NCBI GenBank assembly: GCA_964199315.1 | Contig: OZ116711.1 | Location: forward strand, 21,886,001-21,950,000 | Reading direction: 5' to 3' | From: Orbicella franksi | Lineage: Eukaryota | DNA: 64,000 bases | Part shown: positions 40,047-49,932 of the stretch, piece by piece | Layout of the letters: every line of letters begins with the position of its first letter | How positions within the stretch are numbered: the stretch's first letter is position 1 | Notes under the pieces: model-generated | Databases searched by the model: none | The model's input: only the letters and a program-made list of their open reading frames with translations | What the model was told of the DNA's origin: nothing | Made by a program: the position numbers and the translations under genes

Positions 40047-40190
40047 TACTGTGTAACATTGATAGCCTCGCTTGACACCCTTTTGTGGATACTGGCTTTA
40101 GCCAGTCACCAATATTTCATTAGCTGCGTTACTAAGTAAGAAAGATAATCTGCGACTTTTCGGAAGCTTTCTGAACAAAGAATCTCACCA

Positions 40191-40512
40191 AGGCCCCGTC
40201 CACATTACGCCGAAGAAATTTGAAAACGCTGCTTTATTTCTGCGGTTAGGCCTACAGTCCACATTAATCCGTCACGAAAACGGAGCTTTTCGAAAAGATT
40301 CTTCAAACCGGAGGAATTTGAGAATGCTCTCGTGTAGACGGAAAACATTTAAAAACAATGCTTTTCGAAAACAATGGCCTCACGATAACCATGTGATTTC
40401 CCTGACCGAGTTTTCCTGAAAACAAATCTAAAATTGGTGTTGACTGTTGCGTTTTTAAATTCCTCCGGCCATAGTTAGTCCCCTCCACTAACTATGCTCC
40501 GGCGTAGTGTGT
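40191..40512. mobile_element. Harbinger-like MITE (aggccccgtccaca start), right end eroded; hosts a 27-bp micro-insertion
   Basis: aggccccgtccacattacgccg..aaatttgaaaacg ... aaattcctccggc[insert]gtagtgtg. Confidence 0.55.
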
Positions 40513-40569
40513 TACTAAGTGTTGGTTTTCGATTGGTTCGCGGGCTCAAGTCAGGTTCATTTGTTTAAT

Positions 40570-40798
40570 CAGGGCTAGGTTGTTCGGAAGCCGGTTAACG
40601 CTAACCCATAAATTTCTCTTGTACACAGATGTTTTTTTACTGTTTTACTGTTTTGTTTCGTGTAGTTCGAGATTATTCAAACTCAAAACAGAAGGCCAGA
40701 CAATGTACAGCAAACCTCAACGCAAAGTTATTGAAGTCAAATCAAAATTCTTGCTTATCCTTGGTTAGCTTAGTCGGGCTTTGAACAACTGGACCCAG
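40570..40798. mobile_element. About 230-bp MITE (cagggc..ggttgttc TIRs)
   Basis: cagggctaggttgttcggaagccg / cgggctttgaacaactggacccag. Confidence 0.6.
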
Positions 40799-40834
40799 GA
40801 GCTCAGCCTTTAGACTTGGCTAAGTCCATATTAT

Positions 40835-41009
40835 TGCTGGTTTTCAGTGTCACGCAATTCAAAATAGATCAAAATCAAAATCAAAACCGGTCAATAGATA
40901 AAGTCCAGAATCTGGGAAATGAAAGAAGGTAAATATGCAAAGATTCTCGCCAAAATTCTGGCCACTGCAATGTTTCTTATGCGAGATATGCGGAGAAATT
41001 TTTTACCCA

Positions 41010-41051
<42 letters not shown>

Positions 41052-41262
41052 TCCGTATGGGCACCAACATGGCGGCCGGAAACCAAGAGAAACATCTGTC
41101 ACCGAGTTTTGCTACAAAAGCGTGAATTTATCCCTCGAGGAACTCTAAAACATTAAAATAATACTTTTTCTAAGACATGAACTGCTCAGATAGCCAAGTT
41201 CCCCGAAATAAGTCACTTTTTTAACCATCATGACAGCTCTCTAGGCCGTCATGTAAATGCCG

Positions 41263-41295
<33 letters not shown>

Positions 41296-41541
41296 GTATC
41301 ACAAAACCAAGAACCCATTCGGAGTGAAAATTTGTATGAATGTTAGTTTTCAGCTGCTCTTATACATCATTTAAGTAAAATCTCAGAAAGATCAATAGCT
41401 GGTTTTCACATGACGTCACTAAAATTCGAACTACAAAACTATTGATCTTCCTGAGATTTTACTTAAATGATGTATAAGAGCAGCAGAAAACTAATATCCA
41501 TACAAATTTTCGCTCCGAATGGGCTCTTGGTTTTGTGATAC

Positions 41542-41574
<33 letters not shown>

Positions 41575-42037
41575 CGGCATTTACACGACGGCCTGGAGAG
41601 CTGTCATCATGATTAAAAAAGTGACTTATTTCGGGGAACTTGGCTATCTGAGCAGTTCATGTCTTAGAAAAAGTATTATTTTAATGTTTTAGAGTTCCTC
41701 GAGGGATAAATTCACGCTTTTGTAGCAAACCTCAGCGACAGCCGTTTCTGTTGGTTTCCGGCCGCCATGTTGGTGCCCATACGGATGGGCACCAGCATGG
41801 CGTCGCCATACAAATCTCTATAAATTTGGGTAAAATATTTCTCCGCATATCTCGCACAAGAAAAATTGCTGTGACCAGAATTTTGGCGAGAGTCTTTGCA
41901 TAATTACCTTCTTTCATTTCCCAGATTCTGGACTTAATCCATTGACCGGTTTTGATTTTTATTTTGAATTGCGTGACACTGAAAACCAGCAATAGTTTTG
42001 TACTTTGAATTTTGGTGACGTCATGTGAAAACCAGCT
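40835..42037 (+). mobile_element. About 606-bp MITE (copy Y) interrupted by an inverted copy of itself
   Basis: AT|TGCTGGTTTTCAGTG ... CATGTGAAAACCAGCT|AT; its last 44 bp (41994-42037) are displaced beyond copy X. Confidence 0.85.
41397..41991 (-). mobile_element. 595-bp MITE (copy X), same family, inserted in opposite orientation inside copy Y
   Basis: AT|AGCTGGTTTTCACATG ... CACTGAAAACCAGCA|AT; the interior is the reverse complement of 40835-41396. Confidence 0.85.
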
Positions 42038-42967
42038 ATACTACCCAGTCCCCACCAATGTCCCCACCTTGAAATCCTACTGAAATCCACGGTTGAGAGA
42101 TTGGGGTCTAGTGTAATCATCCTATGTCGGCCGTTATTTCAGTCGAAGACCCCGTTGCTGGTTTATAAAGGTAAGAAAGTCTATAAGACTGCATTTTTCA
42201 TGTCTAGCTAAGATATAGAATACAGCGTCACTTCTTTTCATCTCATGGGATATAAAAATCAGTAGAGTCTGTGTTTTATAATGTAGCAATTTACCGTAAA
42301 GCCCTCGGCTTATAACTTCGTCATGGCTTTTAGATGGGGTATCTGAAAAACTAAGACCTAAGATCTAAGATCTAAGACCTAAGACCCCCTCCGAATCTCG
42401 AAAACTGAAACCTAAGACCCCTTCCGAATCTCAAAAGCTAAGGCCTAAGATCCCCTCCGAAACTCAAAATCTAAGACCTGAGTTTGCTTTAATATGAGAC
42501 TAAAATCAACAACTGTTTGCTTTCGAAGATCTGTCTCCTGTTCAATCAATGAATCTTTCATATTTCCAGACATGGGACTCTGTCATTGTTCAGGACGATA
42601 TAATAGGGTTCGAGGACGACAAAATGATAAACATTTCATTCACAACAACGACAATGATTTATTTACAACGACAGCAACATAATCGGAGACGAAAAGAGGT
42701 GACAGGTCAGTCTGGATCAAATGTAACACAGCAGTGTTATGTGCACGAGTTTTGGTGCGAACAGACACACTATTTTACGTGCATTAGTAGGTGTTAATTT
42801 TAACAGCTTTATGTGGGTAAACGGCCTGCAAAAATTGAATGTGACTTCATAAATTTCTCAGGTTTATTTTACCACGCAAATTAAGTGAACAATTTTATCT
42901 TAAGTAGTGATAAGTTAATAAAGATGGTGAATTTTAAGCTCGGTAGTGGGACAAAGAAAAATTCTGA

Positions 42968-43039
42968 GTCCACGACAGGAATCGAACCCATGACCTCCCG
43001 AACACCGGGCGGGCGCTCTATCCACTGAGCTACGAGAAC
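42968..43039 (-). ncRNA. tRNA-like cloverleaf (anticodon GGT), copy 1
   Basis: Reverse complement of copy 2 with one acceptor-stem mismatch. Confidence 0.6.
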
Positions 43040-43277
43040 TCATGAAGAGCAAGGTCATTTAACTGAGTTCATATATGATAGGTGTCCTGCATACTGCTAG
43101 GATCAACGCTATTGAATTCATCGTGAGTAGTGATAAGTTAATAAAGATGGTGAATTTTAAGCTCAGTAATGAAATGTGAAGGTCAATTAATCAACATGAC
43201 ACGAGCGTGGGACAAAGAAAAAGTATGCAGGACACCTATCATATATGAACTCAGTTAAATGACCTTGCTCTCCATGA

Positions 43278-43349
43278 GTTCTCGTAGCTCAGTGGATAGA
43301 GCGCCCGCCCGGTGTTCGGGAGGTCATGGGTTCGATTCCTGTCGGGGAC
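43278..43349 (+). ncRNA. tRNA-like cloverleaf (anticodon GGT, C33), copy 2, followed by a TTTTT Pol III terminator
   Basis: Acceptor GTTCTCG/CGGGGAC, D arm GCTC/GAGC, anticodon loop CCGGTGT, T loop TTCGATT; A and B boxes intact. Probably repeat-derived rather than a decoding tRNA. Confidence 0.65.
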
Positions 43350-43538
43350 TCAGAATTTTTCTTTGTCCCACGCTCGTGTCATGTTGATTAATTCACCTTC
43401 ACATTTCATTACCGAGCTTAAAATTCACCATCTTTATTAACTTATCACTACTCACGATGAATTCGATAGCATTGATCCTAGCAGTATGCAGGACACCTAT
43501 CATATATGAACTCAGTTAAATGACCTTGCTCTTCATGA

Positions 43539-43609
43539 GTTCTCGTAGCTCAGTGGATAGAGCGCCCGCCCGGTGTTCGGAGGTCATGGGTTCGATTCCT
43601 GTCGGGGAC
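43539..43609 (+). ncRNA. tRNA-like cloverleaf, copy 3 (1-nt deletion in anticodon stem)
   Basis: Same sequence as copy 2, with ttcgg instead of ttcggg. Confidence 0.55.
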
Positions 43610-43704
43610 TCAGAATTTTTCTTTGTCCCACGCTCGTGTCATGTTGATTAATTCACCTTCACAATTTTATCTTAGTGTCCGACAACTGGAAACAGTATAA
43701 TTCC

Positions 43705-43778
43705 CAACCTTGTTTCCAGGGTCTCTCATCTTACTGCTCCAGGGGGCAGTAAAATGAGAGATCCTGTGAATGAGGTTG
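43705..43778. mobile_element. 74-bp hairpin MITE (CAACCT..CCAGGG family; fragments at about 16232 and about 63930)
   Basis: caaccttgtttccagggtctctcatcttactgc / gcagtaaaatgagagatcctgtgaatgaggttg. Confidence 0.7.
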
Positions 43779-44802
43779 TATAATTTCTTCAGCAGTCTAA
43801 AATTTTGACAGATTTTCGATGGGAAGTCTACTCAACTGAGTTTGTTTCTAAGTGCCAAGCGAGTTCAAAAATTTCAAGAGCTTGAGCAGACTAGAAAATC
43901 ACTATGTTCTCGACACTTGGTTTTGGTTGTGTGGTGGACAAATCTTCTGAGCTTGGGCATACTGAAAATAATTGTGGTCAGCCATGTTTATTTCGTTCAG
44001 ACTCATACTCACAGATACAGGCTTTAAAATTTAAGCCGATTGATGTTCATAAAATAACGTGACAGCCGAGTCTAACCTGTCCGAACAGGAAATATCAGAG
44101 ATTTCGAAAGCATACTAGGTCTTAGTTTTTGAGAATCAGAGGGTGTCTTCAGTCTTAGCTTTTGAGATTCAGAGGGAGTCTTAGGTTTTAATTTTTGAGA
44201 TTCGAAGGGGATCCTGGGTCTTAAATTTTGAGATTTGGAGAGGGTCTTACATCTTTTAGATGGTCTAAGAAAAGGAGGGGCTTATATCTGAGGGGGCTAA
44301 AAACCCGAATAAGAAAATCATTTTGAAACGAGTTATAGCTGTGTTGATCAAAATAGGTTTTTCATCTACTGGTTTTTAATTAAGTTAATTAAAACATGAT
44401 GATAAAACAAAATCAAAACAAGGAAAACTAGAGGGGGGCTTATGCCTGGGGGGGGGGGGGGTATGACCGGATTAATTTGGAGGGTACAGGTAGATGGGCC
44501 TTGAACTGGGCCTTTAACTGGGGGGGGGGGGGGGCTTATAAATGGAGGGGTTTATAAGCAACAGTTTAAGGTATACCATAGATGGTTTTTCGGGCTTTGA
44601 GGTGCACCATACAGTGTAGATTCCTGTATTTCCTATCATTGTTTTCAACATGATTCAAGGGACTAAAACTAGCAGTGATAATTAAGAATAAATATTACAA
44701 AAGTGTGATGGTCTTAAGGAATGACTATTGCACACATTGATCAGATGTGTTGAATTGTTGTAGTTACTAATGATTTTGTTTCATTTTTAATAAAATGTCA
44801 AC

Positions 44803-45187
44803 CGGTCAGTGTAAAACACAGTCTGCAGACTGCTGACAGACTATGGACTGCAGACTAGAGACCGGGGGTAAAATGCAGTGTTATTTTCATTATCAAGTGC
44901 TAACCAGAAACAGGCTAAACTGGCCATTATTCATGCTAATCAGAGTGAAATGCTGCAGTCTGGGTGGCCTGAATAGCACCCCCATTAGCCTGAATATTTT
45001 GTGGGTTAGCCTGCCAGAATAATGCTTGGGTTAGTCTGTTTTACAGTTAACATTCAATAATGGAAATGGTAACATGATGCAGTAATTTAAGAGTCTGGAA
45101 TTTGCAGTCTGCATTTTACCCTCAGTCTGCATTTTATCCTGGGCATTCTGGAGTACACAGTCCATGGTCTTCACTTTACATTGACTG
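44803..45187. mobile_element. MITE with GGTCAGTGTAAA TIRs and GCAGAC subrepeats
   Basis: cggtcagtgtaaaacacagtctgcagac / gcagtctgcatttta...actttacattgactg. Confidence 0.6.
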
Positions 45188-46072
45188 AGATGAAAATGTA
45201 AAAGTGCTCGCACTAGTTTAAACAGTGTGCTTTTTGAGAGTACAATGCACACAGCTTATGCCAACATCAGCCATTTTTCTGTATGTGCAGTTAAGGTCAT
45301 TACAGAACTCACCATACTGAAACAACAGAGCTCTACCACAAAATTAACAATGGCCCCCGAGTGGTGTGTATATTTATTGGAGGAATTCTTATGCTCTTTG
45401 AAAAAGAATTGGCAAACCATTAATGCAGTCGTGCATGATCCATGAGGTCCTAACTGATAACATGACCTAAGAGACCTGGAAGAATAAGACCTGTTTGAAG
45501 CCCATTCTCTGAGAAAAATGTGAAGCTAAATATTGTAAACCCAAATACAAAAAGAGCCTTGATCTTGCTTGATAAAAGGTCTTGATAAAGCCTCCAAGGT
45601 ATTAAAGAAACCGCCAGTGAAGCTGGGAGAGATGCTCCTCTGGGGATTGTGTTTTACCCAACATTACTTTCCGGCTCTCTTCACTTTATTGCCTGCTTTA
45701 TTACAGACAAAATGATTCTTTTATTTGGAAACTAGTATGTTTAATGAGTACCACTACACAGTCGGTGTTTAATAGTTTTAAGTAACAAAAAACAGAGAAA
45801 CACTTGTGGCTGATTTTAGTAGTGTATTCTGATGAAAACAACAGTGCATTGACTGGTTAAGGGTTATCTACAGAATACAGTGTCGTGAAAGCTATTCAAA
45901 TAACTGGTCAAATTGTAGAACTAATGTGCAGTGAAAATGAATATTGTCATTATGATGTGTTGATTTTGTCAAAATTCATCTTCAGTGACATGACTCTGTA
46001 GTGTCAGAGTAGCCATGATTAACACCCTTTCATCATTTTTATCACCAAAATCTCATGAGACAGAATGGTTAA

Positions 46073-46194
46073 GGTGGATCAAAACAGTTTTCAGCATTTT
46101 CCAAGATGTATATTTTGATGGGTCATTACAACTACTCGATATTGGCTGATGCCAAATTCATGGCATCAAAAAACTGGGTGAGTTCAGAGCCACC
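46073..46194. mobile_element. Short TTAA-flanked Kolobok-like element
   Basis: TTAA|GGTGGATC ... GAGCCACC|TTAA. Confidence 0.55.
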
Positions 46195-46496
46195 TTAAAT
46201 TTTCGAAAATTTAAGGTGGCTCTGAACCTACCTAAGATGCCTTGGAACACCAATGAAAACATGTAAATCGGACGAATTAAGTCGGGTTTGCAATGGACTG
46301 CCCGTTAAGTGACAAAACCTTATGTGATATTTTCTTTTTCATTTCGGTAGGAATATATGGGGAAACATCTATAGTGACAACACAGTTGCAAAAATACCCT
46401 GAAAGGGAATCAAGTTCAATATCCAGGTTAGCTTACAAAGAAATTTGACGTAAAGCGGCCTAAAATTTAGACGAATAAAAATCTGGTTTGATAAAT

Positions 46497-47501
46497 ATGG
46501 CGACGACGATACGAGCGAAAGCAAACGAATGCAAGTATTGCGGCCAGGTGTTTGCTCAAATATCAGCTTATAAGGAACATGAACGAACTCACTCAGGGAT
46601 CAAGCCGTGTTCATGCAAGCATTGTAAAAAGTGTTATAGCCGGTCACCAGATTGCAAGCAACATGAACGAACTCACACAGGAGAGAAGCCATATTCATGC
46701 AAGCATTGTAAAAAGTGCTTTAGCCGATTAGCAGATTCCAAGAGACATGAACGAACTCACACAGGAGAGAAGCCATATTCATGCAAGCATTGTAAAAAGT
46801 GCTTTAGCACGCTGTCAAATTGCAAGCAACATGAACGAACTCACACAGGAGAGAAGCCGTATTCATGCAAGTATTGTAAAAGGGGCTTTAGTCAGCAATC
46901 AAATTGCAATAGACATGAACGAATTCACACAGGAGAGAAGCCGTATTCATGCAAGCATTGTAAAAAGTGCTTTAGCCAGTTATCAGATTGTAAGCAACAT
47001 GAACGAATTCACATGGGAGAGAAGCCGTATACATGCAAGCATTGTGGTAAGTGCTTTAGCCGATCATCACAGTGCATGGTACATGAGCGAATTCACACGG
47101 GAGAGAAGCCTTATTCATGCAAACTTTGTAAAAAGTGCTTTAGCACGCTTTCAAATTTCAAGCGACATGACCGAACTCACACAGGAGAGAAGCCGTATTC
47201 ATGCAGGCATTGTAATAAGTGCTTCAGCCAATCATCAAATTGCAAGCAGCATGAAGAAAAACACGCAATACATGTAGACAGTTCGTTAAAACGCAACCAG
47301 CGTGGCCAGAACCGAAAACTTAGAAGACATCTGGAGGAGCCAACGACTACTCAAGGTAGCAAAAAGTATGGTAAGTTGTTTTCTTCGACGGCAGAAAATT
47401 TAAGCCAAGTTGAAAGCCTCACCTGTTGGATCTGTCAGGAAGAATTTAGTAATGAGACATGTCTCATCCATCATTACGATGATCATATGAGATCAAAATG
47501 A
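46497..47501 (+). CDS. Tandem C2H2 zinc-finger protein (9 linked fingers plus 1 C-terminal finger), 334 aa
   Basis: ORF has repeated TGEKPYSC-x2-C...H-x3-H units with 84-nt periodicity and a final CWIC...HHYDDH finger. First ATG is at 46497 with an in-frame TAA at 46476-46478. No effector domain is visible. Confidence 0.9.
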   Translation: MATTIRAKANECKYCGQVFAQISAYKEHERTHSGIKPCSCKHCKKCYSRSPDCKQHERTHTGEKPYSCKHCKKCFSRLADSKRHERTHTGEKPYSCKHCKKCFSTLSNCKQHERTHTGEKPYSCKYCKRGFSQQSNCNRHERIHTGEKPYSCKHCKKCFSQLSDCKQHERIHMGEKPYTCKHCGKCFSRSSQCMVHERIHTGEKPYSCKLCKKCFSTLSNFKRHDRTHTGEKPYSCRHCNKCFSQSSNCKQHEEKHAIHVDSSLKRNQRGQNRKLRRHLEEPTTTQGSKKYGKLFSSTAENLSQVESLTCWICQEEFSNETCLIHHYDDHMRSK

Positions 47502-48205
47502 CGCTTGTGTAAACCTTGCCATTAGCTTTTTTCGTCCTTGTTTATAATAATGTTGGTTAGGTTAAAAGGGCTAGGTCACACAATTATAGGCAGTTTCAGC
47601 ACTGATCAAACGGTCATAGAATTAGCTAAAACGTCACAATAACGGCTCAAAACTATAGAAGAACTCAAACAAAACATAGGAAAGCCAAGAAGGGACATGG
47701 ATGGACAAAACTGGAGAGGATTAAAATGGATTGCATTTGGCTAAATTTGAAAACCGTTGGCCCGACTTTTTTGCAAGCTTATCTCAGTTTATATCAAAAT
47801 GCATTTCCACAGCTGGAAAATCATTCTCATCTGTTATGTGGCCGTGATTTTGCAAATGAAAGACTCCAGCTCTGCTAATTTAACATTTAGAACTCATCAT
47901 GGACAAAATTAAACAAAATTACCTAAAATAGCGTGACCTAGCCCCTTTAACCACGACATAAAGCTTTCAAAGTCTGTTTAAGTTCGTGCTTCCAGAATGG
48001 TGGTGATTTTTTTCTTTTGAAGCACCAAATTAAGGCAGCAGTGAAATGGTCAAAGTACTTTAAAGCAAACGTAACCTCCAGAGATGAATTGTACGTTTTT
48101 CCTTTTTGGCTGAAAACAATTGAATTTAATTTAAAATATTCCATTTGCTACTTTGCCTGTACAAAATGTTTTTCAGGTTATAATAGACGTAATGCACAAA
48201 GGTAG

Positions 48206-48486
48206 ATTGAGCGGTTTTCACTTTAATGTCGAAAAGTAATTGGTTTCGCATCAAGTACGCTACACGATTGGCTTAAAAAACTCGCGCCACTTTTAGCCGC
48301 CCAGTCAGAAGTAAAACCAAAACCAATCGTGACCACTCGCACACGTTTTCCCGCGCTTCGCGCCAGCTACATATAATTACTGGGAGTAGAGACTGGTTTT
48401 CTGGACTGTCTCACTGTTGCGATTGGCCAGAGTGATTACTTTTGGTCTGGTTTACGACACTCAATAACAATTGAAAGCCATTCTGT
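48206..48486. mobile_element. MITE downstream of the zinc-finger gene
   Basis: gagcggttttcactt..tgtcgaaaag / acgacactcaa..ttgaaagccattct imperfect TIRs. Confidence 0.5.
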
Positions 48487-48848
48487 AGTGTCTTGATCAT
48501 AACTTGTTAATTTTCTTCAAAACTGCCGTAAACGCTCACTTTTCTCACGGTTTCTTAATTTTATTTTACTTTCAATTAGGTATTATGGATCATTTTATCA
48601 TTTAATATGAGTGATTTACAATTCAAGAAGTAATCGTACTCATAGTTTTAATTCGCCCTCGCGCTCATCCGATTTTGAAATTACTCGTGCAATTACTCCC
48701 TGAATTTTACTCCGCTCGGTCCAATTACTATTACTAATCATTTAATTATTGCCGGGTCAGTAAATAACAGATGTCATGTGAATAGAGGCCAGTGTTGTTT
48801 ATTATATTTATTTATTTATTTATTTATTTTTTCATCTATGTATTTATT

Positions 48849-49089
48849 AATAGACCATTTTACAGTTGTGTGCTTAGTGGTCTGGCCTTTGAATGGCAGC
48901 GAGGCTGGAGGTGACCTTGTTTTGATACAGTCCTTACTGCTTTTGTTGTGTAAATTTAGTTGCTCTTATGCTAACTAGCTGGCATTTAAATGAGAAAAGC
49001 AGAGAGGTCTGTATCAAAGTAAGGCCACTTCCAGCCTCGCTTGCATTCATGGCCAGGTAGCTAAGCAAACAACTGTAGAATGGCCTATT
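48849..49089. mobile_element. 240-bp fold-back MITE between the converging ZF and gene D 3' ends
   Basis: aatagaccattttacagttgtgtgcttag / ctaagcaaacaactgtagaatggcctatt; inner arms gcgaggctggaggtgaccttg..tgatacag / ctgtatcaaagtaaggccacttccagcctcgc. Confidence 0.8.
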
Positions 49090-49932
49090 AATGTATTAAC
49101 TATTTATTTGCGTTCTCTGATTGACCGGTTCTTTCCATAATGCATTGCCATTCTTCATAAGTTTTATTTTCAAGCCTGTCTCAGTTTTGAAAGCTAATTT
49201 CCAAAGTCGAAGAGTTTGATAAAAATCAAGATCTGCTAGTCGTGAAAAACGAACCTGCGTTCTCAACAGAGCAGCATTAATCGAGCCCGCAAGCACTTAT
49301 AACTTACATTTCATTTTCCCGCACAGCGGTCACTTGAACGACGCAAGCGCAGTTCCTACCAAAACTGCCGCCACCAAATTATGCTTTTTTTTTTCTAAAA
49401 TTACTCTGCTCGAGGAAGCGTACTCTCTGTACGCCAAATACCGTCCACGCGTTGATAATTTGAAATTATTATCGACCTATTTTCGTCACTTGTTTCTCTG
49501 GAAACTTTTTTGCGCTTAAACATAGTCTTCATTTCATTAAATTTTCTCGACACTGAACTTGTACCCGGGTGGGGAGGGGGGCGGGGGGAATCCCATTTAA
49601 ACAGGACCGGGATGTTTGTCGTACCTTTTAGGGGTTAAAAAAGTGGATTTGGTAGGCGTCAAGCTTCAAAAGGTCCCACAGCAGGAGCTTTCGCGAAAAA
49701 AGTCAGTGACACTGATTTGTTGCTGTAGAATTAGCACCTCTTAAGGGTGAGAAACATTTCCAATCACGCCCACAAAACAAGGTCTTGGTACTTCTTTTCT
49801 TTTAGAAAATTTCCGACAAGCACCCCCGTCCTTTCCGTATGGGAGTCTCTCGCGGGAAATTTTATTATCGTTGGGCTTTTGTATTTGACCGCTAGGTGCG
49901 TTACTGACTTAAACAGTGAGCTTTTAAATTAA

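Larger units (their letters stand above)
42903..43640. mobile_element. Insertion of a 261-bp tRNA-bearing unit: inverted segment plus partial tandem copies, 14-bp TSD
   Basis: acaattttatctta at 42889-42902 and 43641-43654; orientation switches at about 43222; agtatgcagg recurs at 43222 and 43483. Confidence 0.85.
42338..44252. mobile_element. Fold-back-like element with long inverted arms made of about 30-bp CTAAGACC subrepeats
   Basis: Left arm 42338-42495 (ctaagacc..ctccgaatctc..) and right arm about 44100-44250 (gagattc..gaggg..gtcttag) are mutual reverse complements. Confidence 0.65.
42292..44573. mobile_element. MITE with TACCGTAAA/TTTAAGGTA ends and GGGGCTTATA motifs, split by nested insertions
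   Basis: Left piece 42292-42337 and right piece 44253-44573; cttttagatgg is repeated at both junctions. Confidence 0.6.

Noticed and set aside
40919-41992. Similar ORFs on opposite strands (MKEGKYAKILAK.../METPCWCP...)
   Set aside because: They come from the two inverted MITE copies; short and in different frames, with no transposase motifs.
42348-42480. Regular about 30-bp repeats, and the ZF 84-bp periodicity, as a CRISPR-like array
   Set aside because: No unique spacers, eukaryotic context, no cas genes; explained as TE subterminal repeats and coding repeats.
43278-43349. Bona fide decoding tRNA-Thr gene
   Set aside because: GGT anticodon, C33, several G-U pairs, a mismatch in the anticodon stem and embedding in a TSD-flanked repeat; kept only as tRNA-like.
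42903-43640. Hammerhead ribozyme in the 261-bp unit (also CTGATGAG at about 52186 and about 52628)
   Set aside because: No CTGANGA...GAAA core with flanking stems found by eye on either strand; an Infernal search is still advisable.
29000-46400. A fifth Kv paralog or pseudogene in the long C-to-ZF gap (also 13-20 kb)
   Set aside because: No T1, S4 or GYG-like translation seen in the ORF track or by eye; a tBLASTn would be needed to exclude decayed remnants.
46747-47277. 176-aa repetitive ORF (MNELTQERS...)
   Set aside because: Alternate frame of the 84-nt zinc-finger repeats.
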